Shown piece by piece: positions 1-7,425 of a stretch of DNA of 49,726 bases (positions are counted from its first letter, which is position 1; every line of letters begins with the position of its first letter). The translations under genes were made by a program, and so were the position numbers. Where the stretch lies: NCBI GenBank assembly GCA_035656655.1, contig DASRSE010000134.1:1-49726 (forward strand). The letters run 5' to 3'. Source of the stretch: Pirellulales bacterium (GTDB taxonomy: Bacteria; Planctomycetota; Planctomycetia; Pirellulales; DASRSE01). Below the pieces are notes generated by a model. The model saw only the letters and a program-made list of their open reading frames with translations. It ran no database searches and was not told where the DNA came from.

Positions 1-174
1 GGCCTTCGGGTCGTCGGATTGCAGAAAGAGCATCTGCGCGACGATCGAGTTGGCGACCTCGTCGTTGACCCCCGACCCGAGAAAGATAATCCGGTCATTC
101 AGCAGGCGGCTGTAGATATCCATCGCCCGCTCTTCGCGGCCGCTTTTTTGAATCACATAAGGAATAAGGGGCAT
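1..174 (-). CDS. clpP: ATP-dependent Clp protease proteolytic subunit, N-terminal part (gene runs off the left edge)
   Basis: Minus-strand translation from the ATG at 174-172 reads [58 protein letters not shown], a canonical ClpP N-terminus. It is absent from the ORF track because the window edge truncates it. Confidence 0.85.
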   Translation of the reverse strand, partial: MPLIPYVIQKSGREERAMDIYSRLLNDRIIFLGSGVNDEVANSIVAQMLFLQSDDPKA

Positions 175-241
175 GGCACTGCGTCCTGAATAAGCGGGGG
201 CTGTGATGGTCTGCGCGGGCGAAACCGGCCGGACTGAGCTC

Positions 242-865
242 TTACTCGTCTTCGGCCTGCACGGGGGGCTTGCTCAAAATGTCATCCACCAATGCGTAGG
301 CTTTCGATTCCTCGGCCGACATGTAGTAATCGCGCTCGGTGTCTTTGCGAATCCGCTCGATCGGCTGGCCCGTATGTTTGGCCAAGATCACGTTCAAGGC
401 TTCGCGCGTTTTCAAGATTTCGTTGGCTTGAATTTCGATGTCGCTGACCTGGCCGCCAACTTGGCCGTGCGGCTGGTGGATCATCACCTTGGCATTGGGC
501 AAGATAAACCGCTTGCCTTTGGTGCCGCCGGCCAGCAGCACCGCCCCGCCGCTGGCCGCCAAACCGACGCAATAGGTCGCGACCGGGCAGGTCAGAATCT
601 GCATCGTGTCATAAATCGCCATGGTCGCCGTGACGCTGCCGCCGGGCGAGTTAATGTAGAAATGGATGTCCTTGCGGCGGTTCTCGCTCTGCAAGTAAAG
701 CAGCTTCATCACGACTTCGTTGGCGTTGCCGTCGTAGATTTCGCCTTGCATAAAGACGATCCGGTTTTCGAGCAGCAGATCTCCCAAGGTCATCTGCCGC
801 TGGCGTTGATAGTCGCGATAGTTCAACTGCGGATTGAAAACCGCCGACGCGTGCGAATCGTTCAT
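242..865 (-). CDS. clpP: ATP-dependent Clp protease proteolytic subunit (second tandem paralog)
   Basis: Track ORF 242..1027 contains the ClpP core ([23 protein letters not shown], catalytic Ser/His context). The start was moved to the internal ATG ([10 protein letters not shown]...) at 865. The upstream 54 codons are Arg/Cys-rich and look non-coding. Confidence 0.9.
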   Translation of the reverse strand: MNDSHASAVFNPQLNYRDYQRQRQMTLGDLLLENRIVFMQGEIYDGNANEVVMKLLYLQSENRRKDIHFYINSPGGSVTATMAIYDTMQILTCPVATYCVGLAASGGAVLLAGGTKGKRFILPNAKVMIHQPHGQVGGQVSDIEIQANEILKTREALNVILAKHTGQPIERIRKDTERDYYMSAEESKAYALVDDILSKPPVQAEDE

Positions 866-1099
866 AAAAAGTGCTTCCCGAGTCGAATTTTCGAGATCAA
901 TCCTGGAAACCGCGCAAGCCGTCATTCGGCCCGTCGGTCCGGCGAAGGGGTGAGATCTTCCGTGCTTGAAAAGTAATTTCGTTCCCCGCCGCGATCCGCA
1001 GAGCGGCTCGCGCGTGTAGTCCGTCACACCTGAATCATACCGCGGCGGTCAAGGAGCGGCGGCCTGCCGCGCGACCGCCGGTTGCCCCGCCTGGCCGAC

Positions 1100-1143
1100 A
1101 TCTAACTGCCGCCATCTAACTGCCGGCTGAGCTAACTGCCGGC
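1100..1143. repeat. Three tandem direct repeats of a 14-nt unit (a[t/g]ctaactgccg[c/g]c) in the tig-clpP intergenic region
   Basis: Read directly: the ctaactgccg core occurs at 1102-1111, 1116-1125 and 1132-1141. Confidence 0.6.
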
Positions 1144-1184
1144 TGTCGGCGTACGGTTTGGCTGCATCCTTCTTCACTGCGGGC

Positions 1185-2681
1185 CTACGACAGCTTCTTT
1201 TCGGCCTTGGCCGCTTCGAGGCTGGCGCCGGCGTCATCCTGGGCTTCGGGAATCTGCTCTTCATTGCCGCCGGCCGCTTCATCGAGCGCCTCGACATCGC
1301 TCTTTTCCATCTTGAACGGAATCTCGTTGAACTGGGCGTGTTGCAAGACCAGATCGATCACCTTGCGTTCGATGATCTGATTCCGCAGCACATCCATCAG
1401 CGAGCGCTTCTCCAACTGCGCCCGGACGCGGCGCGGGCTCTCTCCGCTTTGCGCGGCGATCAGCGCGACTTCGGCATCGTAATCCTCCGGGACGTCTTCG
1501 ATCTTTTCTTCTTCCGCAATCCGTTCCAGAATGAAGTGCTCCTTCAAGGCCCGAGCCGTATTTCGCAAGCTGTTTTGGCGCAGTTCGTTTTCATGCTCGC
1601 GAATCCGATCGTCGGCAAAGCCGCTGCGGCGCAATTCGAGCACGCTCCGCTCCAACTCGCGCGACGATTGCCGCCGTAATAGGTCAGGCGGCAAATCCCA
1701 ATCCGCCGCCGCCGTCAACAGCGCCGTCACTTGCTGGCGGGTCGACTGCGACTGGTGATAGTTCAACTGCCGCTCCAGTTCGCCGCGCAGCGCCTGGCGC
1801 AAGTCGGCCTCGGAGTTGAACCCGCCGAGTTGCTCGAGCAAGTCAGGCGTCAATTCCGGCAGATTGACCTTTTTCACTTCGAGGACTTCAAAGCTGGCGG
1901 TGACCGTTTTTCCGCGCAGGGCTTCGTTCGGAGCCTCCTCGGAGACCTTGGCTTCGGCGGAGCGAGTTTCGCCCGCTTTCACGCCATTCATCAGCGTGTC
2001 GAACTTTTCGATCTTGCCATCGCGGAGCGACAGCACGGGCCGAATCCGAATAACGATGTCATTGGCCTGCGAGACGACCTCGTCGCCGTCGCGGAAGGTG
2101 AGATTGACAGTGAGATAGTCGCCGGTCGTGGCCGGACCGTCGAACGGCACGAGCTTGCCATGGTTCGTCAAGACGCGCTCGAGCTGGGCGTCGATGTCCT
2201 TTTCGGAGAACTCGCGGACCGGCTTGTCGATGGTCAGACCTTTCCACTGGGGCAGGTCGAACTCCGGACGAACTTCGAGATTGAACTCGAAGGTCATCGG
2301 CCCCTCCTCGGGAACTTCAACCGCCTCCATGTCAAGATCGGGCTCGCTGATCGCCGCCAACTTTTGCTCGCTCGAAATTTGCTCGAGGCTGTCCATCAAC
2401 AAGCTGGCTTTGACTTGCTGAGCGACCTCTTTGTGAAAGCGGTGTTCGACCAGCTTCTTTGGCGCTCGGCCGGCGCGGAACCCCGGCACCTGCGCGCTGG
2501 GCATCAACTCGCCGAGCGCTTTGGAGAAGTAGTTCGAGACATCTTCCTCCGAAACGGTCACGGTAATGTGCCGCTCGCAGGCCCCCTTGCGATCGATCTT
2601 CACCGTCAGGTTCAAGGGTTTCTTTTCTTCTTCGGGCGGGGTTTCAGCGGCATCGTCGGCGGGAGTCGTTTTGGTGGCCAT
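1185..2681 (-). CDS. tig: Trigger factor (ribosome-associated chaperone, PPIase)
   Basis: 498-aa ORF with an ATG start. The N-terminal ribosome-binding region (PGFRAGRAPKKLVE) and overall trigger-factor architecture are present. tig upstream of clpP is the classic synteny. Confidence 0.92.
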   Translation of the reverse strand: MATKTTPADDAAETPPEEEKKPLNLTVKIDRKGACERHITVTVSEEDVSNYFSKALGELMPSAQVPGFRAGRAPKKLVEHRFHKEVAQQVKASLLMDSLEQISSEQKLAAISEPDLDMEAVEVPEEGPMTFEFNLEVRPEFDLPQWKGLTIDKPVREFSEKDIDAQLERVLTNHGKLVPFDGPATTGDYLTVNLTFRDGDEVVSQANDIVIRIRPVLSLRDGKIEKFDTLMNGVKAGETRSAEAKVSEEAPNEALRGKTVTASFEVLEVKKVNLPELTPDLLEQLGGFNSEADLRQALRGELERQLNYHQSQSTRQQVTALLTAAADWDLPPDLLRRQSSRELERSVLELRRSGFADDRIREHENELRQNSLRNTARALKEHFILERIAEEEKIEDVPEDYDAEVALIAAQSGESPRRVRAQLEKRSLMDVLRNQIIERKVIDLVLQHAQFNEIPFKMEKSDVEALDEAAGGNEEQIPEAQDDAGASLEAAKAEKKLS

Positions 2682-2839
2682 GGCGAGATTGAGTACGAGG
2701 AGATTGCGAGATTCGGAAGCACGGCTAGGTCCGCCGATCGGCGGACCGCAAAAAAATCGATCACTCCAAAATCACGCTCGAAACACATCAACGCACCGGA
2801 CGCGGCCAAGGCCGCGCCGCGATGGGCCAATAGAAAAAG

Positions 2840-2912
2840 AGCGGGTGATGGGATTCGAACCCACGACAACGACCTTGGCAAGGTCGCGCTCTACCAACTG
2901 AGCTACACCCGC
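2840..2912 (-). tRNA. tRNA-Gly (anticodon GCC)
   Basis: The minus strand reads GCGGGTGTAGCTCAGTTGGTAGAGCGCGACCTTGCCAAGGTCGTTGTCGTGGGTTCGAATCCCATCACCCGCT. This gives a 7-bp acceptor stem, D-arm, anticodon stem CGACC/GGTCG with loop TTGCCAA, and a GGTTCGAATCC T-loop. CCA is not encoded. Confidence 0.93.
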
Positions 2913-3111
2913 CCTCGTGCTGCTGCGCCGGCCGGTCGGCGCCCCCCTTGGCTCTCGCACGCGACGAGAAAAAGAGAGCGCCCACGGCAAGCGGGAAGCT
3001 TACGGATTATAGAGGGGTCAATCAACCCGGCAAGGGCAATTGACATTCGCCAAGTTAAACCACCTTTTCTCAGCGGTCAAGTGGCAGAGTTTAGCGAAAA
3101 CCGGCAAGCAT

Positions 3112-3139
3112 TTGCGGCGCCTGTTCCAAAAAGTATAAT
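3112..3139 (+). promoter_or_regulatory. Candidate sigma70-type promoter for the FHA gene (TTGCGG-N16-TATAAT)
   Basis: A perfect TATAAT lies at 3134-3139, with TTGCGG 16 nt upstream. This would place the transcription start near 3146 and exclude the ATG at 3138 as a start codon. Confidence 0.4.
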
Positions 3140-3176
3140 GTGGAGTTGGGTAAAATCGCCGGTCATGAGGAATCTG

Positions 3177-4085
3177 ATGGAAGCCAAACTAGTGCTCGTC
3201 GCGGAAGATGGCCGATCGGGCGAATACAAGCTGCGGCTCCCGCTGATTCTCGGCCGCAGCCGCCAAGCCGGCTTGACCGTGCTGCACACCTCGGTCAGCC
3301 GCCAGCACTGCGAACTCTCCGAATACGAAGGGCAACTGGTGGCGAACGATCTGGGGTCGCTCAACGGAACCTTTATCGAGGAAACGCGAATCAGCGAGCC
3401 GACGATCCTGCCCGACGGCGGATTGTTGCGCGTCGGCAGCGTCAGCTTTCACGCGGTTTATGGGAGCGGAGCGTCGGCGCCGCCGCCTCCCGCCGCGGCC
3501 TTGTCGTCCGCGCCAGCCGAAATTCCACTCGCCCCCGCGGCCGGCGAATCGCAGCCAGAAGCCGGCGAACGGGCGCGCGCCGCGGCCGATTCCGATACCG
3601 CCGGCGACGAAGACGCCGATCTCGATTTTCTCACCGAATTGCCGCAAACCGAGGAACTCGAACCGCTCACGCCAGGGGACCAGATTGAAGAGGAACTAGA
3701 CGAATTGATCGAACTGCCCGACGATGCCGCGCCGGCCGAAGCCGATCCGATGGAGTTTTTAACCTTGGAGGAAGAAGAATCGGAGCCGGCAATGCCTACC
3801 GCCGCCGCCAGCCCCCAAACGCCTCCGCCGAAACCGTCCGCGCCGCAGCCTCCCGCCCCGAAACCAGCCCCGGTTGCCGGCGCGGCCGAGAACGGAACCA
3901 ACGAGAGCGGCGCCAAACCGGCGAGTGGTTCTCCGCCGGGCGCGGCGAAACCGCCGCCAGCGGCAGACGACGAGACGCTCAGCTTTTTGCCTCCCGCCAG
4001 CGACGCCGAAACCGATGCGTCGCAGACCGCCGACGAAGCGCACCCCTCCGGCGACCTCGATTCGTTTTTCGACTCGCTCCAATAG
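3177..4085 (+). CDS. FHA-domain protein with a long acidic, Pro/Ala-rich disordered C-terminal tail
   Basis: This is the 3' part of track ORF 1731..4085. The FHA signature is LGRSRQAGLTVLHTSVSRQHCEL...NDLGSLNGTFI. GAGGA lies 5 nt upstream of the ATG at 3177, and 3165 is an alternative start. The upstream part of the ORF is antisense to tig and the tRNA. Confidence 0.85.
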   Translation: MEAKLVLVAEDGRSGEYKLRLPLILGRSRQAGLTVLHTSVSRQHCELSEYEGQLVANDLGSLNGTFIEETRISEPTILPDGGLLRVGSVSFHAVYGSGASAPPPPAAALSSAPAEIPLAPAAGESQPEAGERARAAADSDTAGDEDADLDFLTELPQTEELEPLTPGDQIEEELDELIELPDDAAPAEADPMEFLTLEEEESEPAMPTAAASPQTPPPKPSAPQPPAPKPAPVAGAAENGTNESGAKPASGSPPGAAKPPPAADDETLSFLPPASDAETDASQTADEAHPSGDLDSFFDSLQ

Positions 4086-4107
4086 GCCCACAGCCAAAAT
4101 GCCGCAG

Positions 4108-4126
4108 GCGGCGGAGAGACCGCCGC
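4108..4126. terminator. GC hairpin between convergent genes (gcggcgg-agaga-ccgccgc), no U-tract
   Basis: A 7-bp perfect stem read directly. It sits between the stop of the FHA gene (4085) and the stop of the 4151..4666 gene. Confidence 0.3.
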
Positions 4127-4150
4127 GCGGACGAACGGCCCCCGGTTGAC

Positions 4151-4666
4151 CTATTTGTGAATATACACGCGGCGCAGTTCGACGTTGTCGTGGTCTTCCT
4201 TGGTCATGGTGAGGCCCCCCTTGCTGGTGCTGAGATACCAGTCTTTCAATTCTCCTTCGCTCGCTTGCAAGCGGCCCCGCTCTTCTCCGCCGCGCCGATT
4301 GGTCGCGGTGATTTTCCAGACCGTGGCTTGCTCGGGCTTCGCGACCATTTCAAATACCGGTTTGTGATCGACCACGCGATACGCCAGATACGCGTGACTG
4401 AGGCTGTGTTTGAATTTTCCGCCGACCAGATACCAACAATCGGCGGCGTCTCGGTTGTCGGTCCCATCGCCAACGGTCGATTTGCCGATGCCGAGCTGAT
4501 CGTCGATGGAGTCCACGACCCGGTCGTATTTTTCCGCCGACCGAATCCAGATTTGATAGCGGCCGGTCGCGATCCCAGCCATGCTGACATTGACCAGCAA
4601 GCCGACGAGGGCCAAGCATAAAAGCCGTGGGCGCCGACGGAATCGTTTGAGAATTTGCCGAGGCAT
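4151..4666 (-). CDS. Hypothetical protein with an N-terminal signal anchor
   Basis: 171-aa ORF with an ATG start. A basic N-terminus is followed by the hydrophobic segment LLCLALVGLLVNVSMAGIA. It lies 9 nt downstream of the preceding gene, which implies an operon. I recognise no family. Confidence 0.6.
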   Translation of the reverse strand: MPRQILKRFRRRPRLLCLALVGLLVNVSMAGIATGRYQIWIRSAEKYDRVVDSIDDQLGIGKSTVGDGTDNRDAADCWYLVGGKFKHSLSHAYLAYRVVDHKPVFEMVAKPEQATVWKITATNRRGGEERGRLQASEGELKDWYLSTSKGGLTMTKEDHDNVELRRVYIHK

Positions 4667-4675
4667 GGGACTTTC

Positions 4676-5101
4676 CTAGTTGATGCGGAGAGATTGCGGA
4701 TCGGTCAAAAGTTCGTGCAGCAATTCTTCGTCGCTGGGCTCGATCGGCGTCTGCCGCTGGCGCAGGCGGCGAACGAACGGCTCCACGTCTTGATCGCGGT
4801 ACAGCACTTGGCGAACCCCCAACTCGCGGAGCCACGGTTCCTGCGATTGCAAGGCGCACGGCAACGCCACGCTCGTCTGGGCAAACGGAAACGCCCGCTC
4901 GCGCTCCGCGAGCCATTCGCTGGCGGCCGCCAGATTCACCGCGTCGAGTTCCATCAGCACGGCCGCGCGCGCCGCGCCGCGGAGCGCGTCGCTGCATTCG
5001 CTCAGACTGCGCGTTTCGCGCAAGGGAAGGATGCCGGCGCGACGCAATTCCGCGCTCCAGCGGCCGGTCCGTTCGCAAAGGATGAGTTGAAATCGCGGCA
5101 T
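4676..5101 (-). CDS. Hypothetical cytoplasmic protein, possibly a degenerate receiver-like fold
   Basis: 141-aa ORF with an ATG start. The alternating beta/alpha-like pattern (FQLILCE ... AAVLMELD ...) resembles a CheY-like receiver that lacks the acidic pocket. This is an impression only. Confidence 0.5.
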   Translation of the reverse strand: MPRFQLILCERTGRWSAELRRAGILPLRETRSLSECSDALRGAARAAVLMELDAVNLAAASEWLAERERAFPFAQTSVALPCALQSQEPWLRELGVRQVLYRDQDVEPFVRRLRQRQTPIEPSDEELLHELLTDPQSLRIN

Positions 5102-5171
5102 GGCAAAATTGCCTTGACAAAGTGGAAATGCGCCGGCACGCAGCAGACCTCGTACGCACCGAGCGGACTGG

Positions 5172-6776
5172 TTAGCTGTTTTCGTCGGCTTCGTCAGGCA
5201 ACGGTTTGAGAACCAACTCCGATGGCGAGATCATCCCGAGTTGCACCATCCGGCGATAGAGCCGCGGCCGCGACAGTCCCAGCAACTTGGCTGCCTTGCT
5301 TTTGTTCTGTTTGGCTTGCCGCAACGCGCGTTGGATCAGCCGAGTTTCTAGTTCGGCGAGCGTGCGGTCCAGTTGGATTGGCTCCAGGGGCGGCCGCCGC
5401 CGGAGATGAGCTTTCTCGGCGAGCAGGATCTCGGGCGGAAGATCGCCGCGCTGGATCGCGGGTCCTTCGGCAGCCGCATGGGCCGCGGCGACGATTCGCT
5501 GCAACTGTCCCACCTCGCCCGGCCAAGGATAGCGCACCAAGCCTTCGATCGCGTCCGGCGTAAACCCGCTCAGTTGCTTGCCGCCGCGCGCATTTTGCTC
5601 TTCGAGAAAAGCCTGCGCCAATAAACCGATGTCACCGCGCCGCGCCGTCAGCGGCGGAATCTGAATCACGAGCGTCGCCAGAGCGGAATACAAATCGGAG
5701 CGGAACGATTCCTGCGCAACGCGGTCCCCCAGATCGCTTGCGGCCGTCGCGTAGATGCGCAGCGGCCTCGCTTCGGCGAGAAACTTGACCAGCGAGAATT
5801 GGCTATCGGCGGACAACTGTTCGACCTCCGTCAAGAAGCAGCAGCCGATTGGCACGCCGGCAGGCGGCGCCGCCGCGGTCTGCAGCGTCGATCGCGCCGC
5901 GCCGAGCCCGCGCAGTTGGGATTCGAGTTCCTCCCAGTCGGCATCGCGGCAGGCCACGATCGGCAACGGCTGGTGGCCTGCCGGATCGCGGAGCGTGTGA
6001 ATGGTCCGCGCGATTTGCTTTCGTCCCGAGCCTGCGGGCCCGAGGATGAGCACATTGGCCGGACCGCTGGCCGCGAGTTCGATTTGCGCGCGGATCTGTT
6101 GCAACGCGGGGGAATCGCCGATGAGGCGGCCCGGTTGAAAGCGGCCGCGCCACGCGCGGCGGAAGGACGCGAGCCGATCGTGCAGCGCGACCGCGTCGCC
6201 TGCCGGCGCGACCGCGTTTTCCGGCGCGTCGTCCACGGCCGTTAGCCGCACGAGCACGCCGGCGCATCCGCCCGAGGGCGAATGCAAGGGCCAACAATCG
6301 GCCTCCCGTTCCGCGGCGCCAGGCCGCAGCGCCAGAAGCCGCATCTGACAGCGCGCTCCGGCCAACGCCTCAGGCGGGGGACAAAGTGCCGCCGCCACGT
6401 CGCGCAAGATTCGTATCCGCTGCGATTCAGTCGGCAGGGGTCCGCCTGATTGCGGTCCGGCCAGCGGCGTCGCGGCCGATATGGCTGGCGGAAAATCAGC
6501 CGCAGTCGCTGGCGCCGCGGTGTTTGAGATCAGCGGCGCGGTTTCGGAGTCGCCCTCTTCGGCGGCAGTGGTTTCAACAGCGGTGTTTTCGACCGACGAA
6601 TAAAAGTTTGTTTGTTGTCCGATTAGCTCGTGCGGTTGAACTCCGGCCCATTCTCCTAGCGCCGCGTTGGCAAACAAAATGCGCCGGTCTTCGTCCACGA
6701 CGTACAGCGGCTCGACCGCTTTTTGAAAGAGCCGCGTCAATTCGGTCAAACTCGAACGTGAGGAGCGCGAAGGCAT
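5172..6776 (-). CDS. Sigma54-interaction-domain (bEBP/NtrC-family AAA+) regulator with an N-terminal PAS-like region and C-terminal Fis-type HTH; degenerate GAFTGA and Walker B motifs
   Basis: Family motifs present: LIGDSPALQQIR, Walker A GPAGSGRK, RIYATA (sensor I), FRSDLYSAL, PPLTARRGDI, YPWPGEVGQLQ and the HTH AAKLLGLSRPRLYRRM. The track start at 6830 is TTG, so I used the ATG at 6776 (MPSRSS...). Confidence 0.85.
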   Translation of the reverse strand: MPSRSSRSSLTELTRLFQKAVEPLYVVDEDRRILFANAALGEWAGVQPHELIGQQTNFYSSVENTAVETTAAEEGDSETAPLISNTAAPATAADFPPAISAATPLAGPQSGGPLPTESQRIRILRDVAAALCPPPEALAGARCQMRLLALRPGAAEREADCWPLHSPSGGCAGVLVRLTAVDDAPENAVAPAGDAVALHDRLASFRRAWRGRFQPGRLIGDSPALQQIRAQIELAASGPANVLILGPAGSGRKQIARTIHTLRDPAGHQPLPIVACRDADWEELESQLRGLGAARSTLQTAAAPPAGVPIGCCFLTEVEQLSADSQFSLVKFLAEARPLRIYATAASDLGDRVAQESFRSDLYSALATLVIQIPPLTARRGDIGLLAQAFLEEQNARGGKQLSGFTPDAIEGLVRYPWPGEVGQLQRIVAAAHAAAEGPAIQRGDLPPEILLAEKAHLRRRPPLEPIQLDRTLAELETRLIQRALRQAKQNKSKAAKLLGLSRPRLYRRMVQLGMISPSELVLKPLPDEADENS

Positions 6777-6932
6777 GCGAAATCTCAAGAGCCCGACAAG
6801 GAATCCAAACGTTCTTGCGCCGATCCGCAAATCCGTCCTCTATTATAGCCGAGATTTTTTGGCAAATTGAAATCTCGTTCGCAGGGGGGGTGACCGGCAG
6901 CGGTCACCGCGGCGTTGTATCTATAGACCCAA

Positions 6933-7177
6933 CTTGAGCGGCGAGCAATGCGTGGAGACCGCTCGTCGGTTGGTCGATTGCGACCGGCTGCTGCTTTCTG
7001 GCCGCTAACCAGAAAGCGGCTCCAAGAGCCGCCGCACTCCCGCGCCGGGCGGTCTCCCGCTCTTTCGCTTGCTCGCCCTCAAGCCACGCAAGGCTCTCTG
7101 GGCAGAACCCCCTGGCAGGGGCGAGACGGCCTTCAGGCCACCCCGGTAGGGGCAGACCGGGGTGGCCTTTCTTTTTT
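6933..7177 (+). ncRNA. Candidate structured small RNA: about 150-nt rod with a central bubble (6S-RNA-like), a second hairpin, then an intrinsic terminator
   Basis: Pairings read by hand: 6933-6948 with 7069-7083 (15 bp, one bulge); 6950-6962 with 7049-7060 (12 bp, one bulge); an unpaired central region 6963-6989 / 7021-7048; an apical 12-bp stem 6990-7001 / 7009-7020 with loop ccgctaa. No plus-strand gene lies upstream. A TATAGA -10-like hexamer sits at 6922-6927. Confidence 0.45.
7136..7177 (+). terminator. Rho-independent terminator
   Basis: An 11-bp perfect GC-rich stem (ggccaccccgg 7136-7146 with ccggggtggcc 7157-7167), a 10-nt loop, then tttctttttt at 7168-7177. Confidence 0.75.
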
Positions 7178-7425
7178 CATACCGGCACGGCGCCGAGCCA
7201 ATGGCTCTGCGGAGATGAACTCGTTGCGTCGCCGCGAAACGCGACGCGGTACGCAGCCGCGTTAAAATCGAGTTTTGATCGCCGTTTTTGGCGGCCTTGT
7301 GGGCGGCGGCATTTTTCCCCTGCCTGCTAGGCTCGGCCGCCGCGGATGATAAACTAGACTGCGCGCGGGGCCCGCGGCCTCGCGTGTTCGCTCACCTATT
7401 CTCCCTCCTTTGAGAGACCTTCCCC

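Noticed and set aside
2728-2747. A perfect 8-bp palindromic hairpin (ggtccgcc-gatc-ggcggacc) with an adjacent A7 run, between tRNA-Gly and tig.
   Set aside because: On the transcribed (minus) strand the U-run precedes the stem rather than following it. On the plus strand it is followed by A residues. It therefore does not qualify as an intrinsic terminator in either direction. It may be an RNA-processing or stability element, but I cannot support a call.
2840-2912. tRNA-Gly as a possible genomic-island integration site.
   Set aside because: No integrase is adjacent, I saw no direct repeat of the tRNA 3' end elsewhere in the window, and the flanking genes (tig-clpP and the FHA gene) look like core genes.
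1731-3137. The upstream two-thirds of the 784-aa plus-strand ORF 1731..4085.
   Set aside because: This part is antisense to tig and runs across the tRNA-Gly gene and an intergenic promoter region. Only the 3' part, from 3177, has a real domain (FHA), a Shine-Dalgarno and a promoter.
6954-6962. A possible cobalamin-riboswitch B12 box (ggagaccgc resembles part of the B12-box consensus).
   Set aside because: Only a partial match. The other conserved cobalamin-riboswitch elements (a GCCACTG-type motif and the multi-stem junction) are not visible. The fold is a simple rod. The downstream gene is not related to B12.
6948-7265. A 105-aa ORF inside the large intergenic gap.
   Set aside because: It reads straight through an 11-bp-stem intrinsic terminator, has Arg/Pro/Ala-rich composition, and has no Shine-Dalgarno. 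The region is better explained as a structured RNA.
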